From the IMG/VR virus record IMGVR_UViG_3300034062_003747, positions 1 to 64,000 of that record: a DNA stretch of 64,000 nt; one strand, written 5' to 3'. Below the pieces are notes generated by a model. That model saw only the letters and a list, made by a program, of their open reading frames with translations. It did no database searches and had not been told where the DNA came from. Shown here one piece after another: positions 57,413 through 64,000 of this stretch. Within the stretch, counting starts at the first letter, position 1, and each line of letters begins with the position of its first letter. This DNA is from a virus. Both the position numbers and the translations under genes were made by a program.

Positions 57413-58006
57413 TTAAATTAGTTTAGTAATGACATTATTTGAAGGATAAATAAAAATACAACCTCTTTTTTTAACTCCATTCATATATGATTCTTTACTA
57501 ACATATTTTTCGTAACTATTTTTTCCATAAATCAACTCAACGTTAGATTTAATATGTTTCCAATTCAATTCTATGTTATTTCCGTTTTCATCAATATAAC
57601 GTTCATAATCCCAATTCTCGTGGCCACAATCAAAATCATGTATAATAATAATTGGTTTATAATTAAAATTTGAAATTATTTTCAATTCATCATTTATCGG
57701 CCAAGTACCCCAATGAGCATCTAAAAATATAAAAAATTTATCATGCCCTATTTCTATAAAAAATTTCTCTAAACATTCGGGTGAATTTCCTTTTAATATT
57801 TTAATATTCGGATTATTATTAAATCTATAATATAAAGGGAAATATTTACTATCTAATTCACAGCTATAAACTTTATCAAAAATGTGTTGTAAAATATCGA
57901 CAGATTCTCCTTTGTTTGTACCCGTTTCTATTATAATGTTATAATCAAATTTTTGTTTTAATTTCATTATATCAATTATTAACATGCTATCTTGCTTAAA
58001 CCCCAT
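57413..58006 (-). CDS. Class I SAM-dependent methyltransferase-like protein
   Basis: IETGTNKG, SCEL, GNS, FLDAH and IIHD. Confidence 0.75.
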   Translation of the reverse strand: MGFKQDSMLIIDIMKLKQKFDYNIIIETGTNKGESVDILQHIFDKVYSCELDSKYFPLYYRFNNNPNIKILKGNSPECLEKFFIEIGHDKFFIFLDAHWGTWPINDELKIISNFNYKPIIIIHDFDCGHENWDYERYIDENGNNIELNWKHIKSNVELIYGKNSYEKYVSKESYMNGVKKRGCIFIYPSNNVITKLI

Positions 58007-58042
58007 AGTAATATATTTTTTTATTTTCTATTAAGATGTTTA

Positions 58043-58798
58043 TCATAATAATCTTAAAGGTTTTTTTTTATACTTTGTTAGATTATAATTTATTGTTTCA
58101 TACTCAACATCTTCAATTGTAATTTGAATTTTTGATTTACAATTTTGATTTAGATTATCGGTTTTTTTTAAAATAACATTTGCTAACATGGGTTGGACTC
58201 CGATTGAATAATGAACATCTTCATTGTTATGAAAATTATTTTTAATTAACCAATTAGCAAACCCATCTTCAAATTTAATATTTGTTCCATAATTTAATAG
58301 TGTATCCGTATAAGATGACTCCTCAATGAAAATATAAAATATAGATATTTTTTTAGATATTAAATATTCAAATAACGGATTTATTAATTTAAATAATCTA
58401 AAATTATAATCTAATGAATTTTTTAAATAATAATCTACTAAAGATAAAACTCCTTCGTTTTCTTCTAACACTCTACTATATTTTTTTTTGTTAATAATTT
58501 CATTATCATATAGTTCATTAAATAATACATTAGTAGATTCAATTGTATTAGTTACTTTATTTAAAAAACAACCTCTGGAAAGAAAAGAAAAATTAATGAG
58601 TATTATATCCCCCTCCCTATAATTTTGTAATTGTTCTAATATTTTTCTAAAAATAATTTCGTTTGATGCTCCTCCAACTGTGAATGCGGGAATATATTTA
58701 TACTCTATACTATCCGCAATATGATGACAAAAATGTTTATTATCACCATAATAATTTACTGTTCCATAACTATCACCAAAATGAAATAATTTTTTCAT
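58043..58798 (-). CDS. SGNH/GDSL-like protein
   Basis: FGDSY, GGASN and DVHY. Confidence 0.6.
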   Translation of the reverse strand: MKKLFHFGDSYGTVNYYGDNKHFCHHIADSIEYKYIPAFTVGGASNEIIFRKILEQLQNYREGDIILINFSFLSRGCFLNKVTNTIESTNVLFNELYDNEIINKKKYSRVLEENEGVLSLVDYYLKNSLDYNFRLFKLINPLFEYLISKKISIFYIFIEESSYTDTLLNYGTNIKFEDGFANWLIKNNFHNNEDVHYSIGVQPMLANVILKKTDNLNQNCKSKIQITIEDVEYETINYNLTKYKKKPLRLL

Positions 58799-58799
58799 A

Positions 58800-59963
58800 T
58801 TAAAAATTTGTGAATATTTGTATATTTTGATAATCCGTTTTCAATTTTTTTAATTTATTAACTTCGTCTAAAAACATTACATGCTCAGGATGTTCTGAGT
58901 TTCTTACATTTTTTATTTTAAATTGTCCTTCTGTAAATGTTCCCCAGTTATTAATATGGATAAAGTTTACTTCCGTTTTCATACCATTTAGTTTTTGTAA
59001 GTAATCTGCCAATTCCACAAACCCAATCATTTCCGTATAATTATTATTTTGAACTACGAATGTTAATCTTACAAAATCTAAATTTGGTATTTTAGTGAAT
59101 ATAAATTGTAAGTTTTTATAAAGAATATCCCAATTACCACCTAATCTTATTTGTTCATAAGTTTCCTTTGTACATGCGTCTATACTAATTTCTGCCGTTA
59201 TTCTTGGTATTGAATGTAGATTTTCTAATCTATCCCATATTTTTTCTGTCCATCCGTTTCCGTTTGTGTGTAAATGTAAATTTTTTGTATTTGGGTATTT
59301 TTCCATTGTAATGGATTTTAAAAGATTACGCCAAAACTCACTCCCAAATCCATCGCCACTTGCGGTAATGTATAATTCGTGAGCATCATTCATTGCAAAT
59401 TCTAAAATTTTATCCTGTATGGTTTCTGATTTTTCTCTTTCTTTGCCCGTAGTATTAATAAAATCGGTTCTACATGATGGGCATTTAAGGTTACAACTTC
59501 TATCATGTGAAAAAATAACACACTCGGGCCCCCATGGTAAATCTGATATTTTTTCTTCAATAATTTTTTTAAACTTCTCTTCTCCGTCTGGGTTAATGGT
59601 TTTATTGTTCCAAAGTTTATGAAATGTTTTTTCGTCAAAAATTGGGAAATACCCATTATCATAAACACTTTCATCTATTTCTTCATTATTCCATTTTTGT
59701 AAAAATCCACATTCTTTTTCATCACAATATTTCATACTACCATCGTGCATAGAATCTCTCAATTTGATTGCAACCTCACTATTCCAAATATTATTCCAAT
59801 TATCTGTCAATGCATTACCAGCAGGTCCACACTTAACCCAAGCGTTTACCCATCGTTTTTCTTCCTCACTCCAAGCACCGGAACAACATTGCCAAACTAA
59901 ACCATTTGACTGAAATTCGGCATTTCTGAATGGTGCTACACAAAATCCTTTTTTATTACTCAT
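58800..59963 (-). CDS. Radical SAM protein with N-terminal SPASM/twitch-like Cys domain
   Basis: FCVAPF...CC...C, CNLKCPSC, HTNG and SIDA. Confidence 0.88.
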   Translation of the reverse strand: MSNKKGFCVAPFRNAEFQSNGLVWQCCSGAWSEEEKRWVNAWVKCGPAGNALTDNWNNIWNSEVAIKLRDSMHDGSMKYCDEKECGFLQKWNNEEIDESVYDNGYFPIFDEKTFHKLWNNKTINPDGEEKFKKIIEEKISDLPWGPECVIFSHDRSCNLKCPSCRTDFINTTGKEREKSETIQDKILEFAMNDAHELYITASGDGFGSEFWRNLLKSITMEKYPNTKNLHLHTNGNGWTEKIWDRLENLHSIPRITAEISIDACTKETYEQIRLGGNWDILYKNLQFIFTKIPNLDFVRLTFVVQNNNYTEMIGFVELADYLQKLNGMKTEVNFIHINNWGTFTEGQFKIKNVRNSEHPEHVMFLDEVNKLKKLKTDYQNIQIFTNF

Positions 59964-61186
59964 ATTAACGTTGTATTTTTTTTAGGAAAATTTCCATTAT
60001 TGATTAATATGTAACTTTCAATTGGAAAATTTAATCTTGTTGATTTAGGTACATTTAACACTTTTTTTAATTGGGAATTATTTTTAATACATACTAAATT
60101 TTTATTTGATATTATCTTTTCTAATTCATTTGGTAATTTTTTTTCTTTATATGTTTTCCAAAAAGTAGTATTGTTTTTTGAACAATTATAATGATGTCTA
60201 ATTATAATCATATTTTGTCTTTGTATATTATTTATACTTTCATTAAATTCATTTTCACTTAAAGTATTATTTAAATATTTTTTAAAAGTTTTTAATTGTA
60301 CCACAATTGTCATAATTGAGGTTGCTTCCAATGGTTCTAAAAAACCAGAACTTAACCCTACAATTAAACAATTATTTATTAATGTTTTTTCATAAGTTCC
60401 TGGTTCAAAAGTAATTGTTTTATTAATTTGTATATCATTTCCAAATTTGTTTATTATTTCCGTTTTTGCAATATCTTCTGAAATAAGTTTTTTGTCAAAA
60501 ATATATCCACACCCCCATCTATTTTGTAATGGTATTTGCCAAACCCACCCATAATCCATTGCAATTGCATTTGTTCTTGTATTAACCGTAACATCATTCC
60601 TTTTTAAGAAAAAAGGTATTGCTGTATTAACTATTAATTCATCAGCATAAGTTTTCCACTTTAATTTAAATAGTTTTGGGGTTAACCTATGAAATCCACT
60701 ACAATCAAATACAAAATCCGTATCATAATTGATATTATTTTCTAATTTAATACTATTAATATCACCTTTTTCATTTTGTTCAATATTTTTTATTTTCCCA
60801 TCTATGTGTTCTACTCCTCTGATTATCGCAATTTCTTTTAAATAATCTGCTAATAATCTTGCATCAAAATGATATGCATATACACTTTTATCTTCTTCCA
60901 TTAAATCACCAAATCCATGAACATATGAATAATCTATATCTGACCAGTTGTGGAAATGAATACCTATTTTTTTTGTTCCATTTACTTTTTTTAATAAATC
61001 GCTTTCATCAATTTCTAATTCCGATAGGAAATTTACCAAATTTGGAGTACTCCCTTCACCGGCACCTAGTATACCAATTTCCGAACTTTCTATTAGTTTT
61101 ACGTTTGAATTTTTGTAATATTTTTTTGCAAAAATTGCAGTTAACCATCCGGCTGTTCCTCCACCAATTATTATAATATTGTTCAT
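59960..61186 (-). CDS. Flavin-dependent (tryptophan) halogenase family protein
   Basis: GGGTAGW, GAGEGST, AYHFDA, DCSGF, GWVWQIP (WxWxIP) and FLEPLEATSI. Confidence 0.9.
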   Translation of the reverse strand: MNNIIIIGGGTAGWLTAIFAKKYYKNSNVKLIESSEIGILGAGEGSTPNLVNFLSELEIDESDLLKKVNGTKKIGIHFHNWSDIDYSYVHGFGDLMEEDKSVYAYHFDARLLADYLKEIAIIRGVEHIDGKIKNIEQNEKGDINSIKLENNINYDTDFVFDCSGFHRLTPKLFKLKWKTYADELIVNTAIPFFLKRNDVTVNTRTNAIAMDYGWVWQIPLQNRWGCGYIFDKKLISEDIAKTEIINKFGNDIQINKTITFEPGTYEKTLINNCLIVGLSSGFLEPLEATSIMTIVVQLKTFKKYLNNTLSENEFNESINNIQRQNMIIIRHHYNCSKNNTTFWKTYKEKKLPNELEKIISNKNLVCIKNNSQLKKVLNVPKSTRLNFPIESYILINNGNFPKKNTTLI

Positions 61187-61665
61187 ATCAACGTTGTTTT
61201 TTTAATTAAATCCTCATAGTTAACAAATAACAAAGCACTTTTTCTAATTCCTTTTGTTATTTTACTTATTTCATGTAATCTATCTGATTTAAAAAAATAA
61301 GGAATTCCTGGTGTTTTGTCAACAATAGAATCGGGATTATATAAAATATATTCCCCTCCATCGTAATCATCATTTATATGAAATCCCACAACATACGCCC
61401 TATTTTTATAACCCCTTTCAACTGAATCAATATGTTTACCAAAATAATCACCCACATTATATTTATGGAGTGTTAAATTATAATCGTAAGATTTTAGTTT
61501 TTCACCACTTTCAATTTCAAACCAATTTAATAGTTTAGTGGTTATATTCATTTCATTATTTGTAAGAACCGCAAATTCGTAACTTCGGTTTTTTAATTTT
61601 CTAAAATCCGTATTATTCCAAAAAGATTTTAAAAAATCTAATTCAATATCACTATATAACTTCAT
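61183..61665 (-). CDS. 2OG-Fe(II) oxygenase
   Basis: HID, NDDYDGGE and HEI...GIRKS. Confidence 0.85.
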   Translation of the reverse strand: MKLYSDIELDFLKSFWNNTDFRKLKNRSYEFAVLTNNEMNITTKLLNWFEIESGEKLKSYDYNLTLHKYNVGDYFGKHIDSVERGYKNRAYVVGFHINDDYDGGEYILYNPDSIVDKTPGIPYFFKSDRLHEISKITKGIRKSALLFVNYEDLIKKTTLI

Positions 61666-61667
61666 TT

Positions 61668-62276
61668 TTAATATATATTTTTTTTAGAACCATAATCCTT
61701 AGTATAATCTAATATTGTAAATCCTCCTGCATAAACGATTCGTTCTATATCCGAACTACGATTTAATTCAGGTTTGTGTAATAAATTTGCTGGAAATAAA
61801 ATTAAATCTCCTACTTGTGGTAAATACGATACTTCTATACCTTCATTTGTTCTAAATAATATTTTTCCTTCTTGCTCGTTTAAATTATCAGGCATTTGTG
61901 CATAATAAACAAATGACCAATCTATATCCGTTTTTAAAGTATCGCTAAAAGTATGTGTATGAAATCTTGTCCAGTTGTTATTTTTATTAGAGACATATAT
62001 CCATTCGGTACTAAAATATAAATTTATATCATTTGTATTATAATTTAAAAATTTAAAAATTTTTTTATATATTTTAGTATTTAAATTTTTAATTGCTTTT
62101 GTTTTTAAAATTATATATGATTGAATACCATGTTCTTTAACAGATTCGACTGATGTTTTTTTATTTACTTTCATATTAAATTTTAAATCTTTTATTAATT
62201 CAAAATTATTAATAGTTGGTAAATTTGTAATATAAAAAGAAACCACATCAGTTATTTTTATTTCTTTAAATTTCAT
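61668..62276 (-). CDS. Putative 2OG-Fe(II) oxygenase (TIGR02466-like)
   Basis: HTH, SFVYY and GDLILFPANLLH...ERI. Confidence 0.8.
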   Translation of the reverse strand: MKFKEIKITDVVSFYITNLPTINNFELIKDLKFNMKVNKKTSVESVKEHGIQSYIILKTKAIKNLNTKIYKKIFKFLNYNTNDINLYFSTEWIYVSNKNNNWTRFHTHTFSDTLKTDIDWSFVYYAQMPDNLNEQEGKILFRTNEGIEVSYLPQVGDLILFPANLLHKPELNRSSDIERIVYAGGFTILDYTKDYGSKKNIY

Positions 62277-63008
62277 TTATATTAAATTTATTTTATGTTT
62301 TTTTTCTTGTTTTAATAAAAACTCATTTAATTCTTCTGCTATTTTTGCATGGCCAGAAATAGAAAGGTGCGATGATTCTGTATTTAAAAATTTATATTTT
62401 GTTGACCACTTTAAAATAGAATATTCGTTTTCCAAATTAAAAAAATTTCTTTTTTTTAATTCTTCTAACTGATTATCATTGTTTATTTCTGGCCAATACA
62501 TTAATAAAATTTTATTATTTTTTTTCTCCGCATGTGAAACCAACGTATCAATTTGATATAATAAATAATTAAAAGTTTCTTTTTCATTATAATGATGTTC
62601 AATATAAGATGAATACATTTTTAACATTTCATCAATCGTATCATTTTTGTTTATATTTTTATCGTACATTTCCGAAATTAATGGATTTTTAAAATCAACT
62701 TCAAAATTTACAAAATTTGATTTTTCATTATATGTAGGTATAACATTAAATGCGTTGGGTTGGTAATTTACCCATTTTTGAAAATATGAACTATATAAAC
62801 CAAGTCTATGTAACCAAGTAATTTGTAATATTATAAACGAATTTTCTATATTGTGTTTTGTTATATAATCATATATTTTATAAATAATATGATTATTACT
62901 TAATCCCGGATGTGATAAATTACTAACATCGTATCCCATCTCTTTTAATATAGCACCATATGACTTAGTACCACATGAATATGAACAACCGGAAATTAAA
63001 ACTTTCAT
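62277..63008 (-). CDS. SGNH/GDSL-like protein
   Basis: SGCSYS, NLSHPGLSN and SHLSISGH. Confidence 0.65.
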   Translation of the reverse strand: MKVLISGCSYSCGTKSYGAILKEMGYDVSNLSHPGLSNNHIIYKIYDYITKHNIENSFIILQITWLHRLGLYSSYFQKWVNYQPNAFNVIPTYNEKSNFVNFEVDFKNPLISEMYDKNINKNDTIDEMLKMYSSYIEHHYNEKETFNYLLYQIDTLVSHAEKKNNKILLMYWPEINNDNQLEELKKRNFFNLENEYSILKWSTKYKFLNTESSHLSISGHAKIAEELNEFLLKQEKKHKINLI

Positions 63009-64000
63009 TTAAATTAGTTTTGATGTGGTGGTGGTGGAATATTTAAAGTCGTTAATCATCAAATCTAATAAAGAGTTTTCATTATAAAATTTATCCATAA
63101 AAGCTATATGACATATATCTGACCATTCTTTACATAAAGTATAATTTTCATCAAAGTTTTCCATAAATTCTTTTACGAATTCTGCAATCTTAACCGCATC
63201 TCCTTTTATTTTTTTACTTTCATTATAAAATGGGTGAGGTGGTATATCTAAAATTTTATTTAAAACTTCTAATGGGTAACTATGTGTTGATATAAATGGT
63301 ATACCTGATAATACAAACCCTATGGTTTTTTCTGAAAGGTAATGTGATGCAAAATCTGAATCTGCCCACGACCAACTTTCATCTAATATTTGCATTTTTG
63401 AAATATTTAATACTCTATAAAATAAATCTAAACCAAGTCTATTTTTATGTATTAAATGTAAATTATCAAAATCGTTATCACCTTCCATAGAATTTAGGTA
63501 TATATCCGTTACTTTATTTTCATGTGTTAAATTTAGTTCACTATTTTTACGAGCATCTGACCTTTGTAAAAAAATCCTATTATTATTAAGTTTTTTTAAT
63601 TCATTTAATAAAAGTATTCTATTGTATTTATATGACCTAATTGAAAAACACAAATCATAATCAAAATTTAATTTATCATATATTTTTTTAAATTCATAAT
63701 ACCATCTTATTTCTGCATGAAAATTCCAATACCACATTGAATTTGAAAAAGTATAATAAAAATTAGAGTATTTTAATCTTATTTCATCTTTTATAAAAAC
63801 TTCTTCTAATACTATTTTATGATTTTTTAATTTTAAAAAAGAATTTTCTATATCGTATAATAAATCCATATTTTTCTTATAAAATACATTTTCATATTTA
63901 AATAAAGTCTTTTCACCATTGAAAAACATTATTATCCAATTCGTTTTACCTTCTAATAAATTACATAAATTATCAACGGGATTATTGACTATATTATCTA
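63009..64000 (-). CDS. Putative glycosyltransferase-like protein (paralog of 55076; 5' end beyond the window)
   Basis: The frame stays open upstream of the ATG at 63929 (DNIVNNPVDNLCNLLEGKTNWIIMFF) and aligns with the middle of the 55076 protein. Confidence 0.55.
   Translation of the reverse strand, partial: DNIVNNPVDNLCNLLEGKTNWIIMFFNGEKTLFKYENVFYKKNMDLLYDIENSFLKLKNHKIVLEEVFIKDEIRLKYSNFYYTFSNSMWYWNFHAEIRWYYEFKKIYDKLNFDYDLCFSIRSYKYNRILLLNELKKLNNNRIFLQRSDARKNSELNLTHENKVTDIYLNSMEGDNDFDNLHLIHKNRLGLDLFYRVLNISKMQILDESWSWADSDFASHYLSEKTIGFVLSGIPFISTHSYPLEVLNKILDIPPHPFYNESKKIKGDAVKIAEFVKEFMENFDENYTLCKEWSDICHIAFMDKFYNENSLLDLMINDFKYSTTTTSKLI

Noticed and set aside
1223-63490. Numerous plus-strand ORFs in the track (e.g. 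2393-2767 R/W-rich, 3782-4474, 9614-10270, 33373-33840)
   Set aside because: They are antisense shadows of well-supported minus-strand genes. The R/W repeat is simply the reverse frame of the Pro tract.
63009-63929. ATG at 63929 as the true start
   Set aside because: The frame is open to the window edge and aligns to the interior of paralog 55076, so the gene starts beyond 64000.
1-64000. Alternative genetic code (stop-codon reassignment)
   Set aside because: ORFs are long and tightly packed under the standard code, and TAA, TGA and TAG all terminate genes at sensible positions.
1-64000. CRISPR array, tRNA or rRNA genes, introns/inteins, integrase or transposase
   Set aside because: No spaced direct repeats or cloverleaf-like GC-rich intergenic segments. 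Intergenic gaps are short, and the recognisable enzymes are of normal length.

Overview
This 64-kb window is AT-rich, gene-dense and almost entirely minus-strand. It comes from a large T4-like (contractile-tailed) dsDNA phage. Five exact TTTG-N20-TAnnTTTG-type promoters indicate a Bacteroidota host. In transcription order (right to left) it contains: (1) a ~13-kb cassette of tailoring enzymes (SGNH-like proteins, glycosyltransferase-like proteins, methyltransferases, a GNAT, a sulfotransferase-like protein, radical SAM, a flavin halogenase and 2OG-Fe(II) oxygenases); (2) auxiliary and repair genes (IscA, cupin, nucleotidyltransferase, UvsE, SF2 helicase, ABC-GNAT, peptide deformylase, radical SAM, HAD proteins, a late-sigma-like factor, carbamoyltransferase, an Ntn hydrolase); (3) a baseplate/tail operon (gp5-like, CHAP and GH19 hydrolases, gp25, gp6-like, large wedge proteins); (4) primase and a fused SbcD-SbcC; (5) a tail fibre with an S74 chaperone domain; and (6) a polyproline adhesin followed by a prolyl-hydroxylase-like oxygenase and a glycosyltransferase-like gene. 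The most striking unexplained pattern is that most of the unrelated tailoring enzymes end in the same short C-terminal motif, [KRTN]-[LI]-[LIM]-COOH, encoded by varying synonymous codons. This suggests a shared docking or targeting tag. Other candidates are a phage hydroxyproline-glycosylation module, an [ST]GS motif enriched in virion proteins, a possibly protease-activated Ntn hydrolase, an ATATTTATA late-promoter motif and strong GATC avoidance. All annotations rest on motif recognition by eye; no searches were run.
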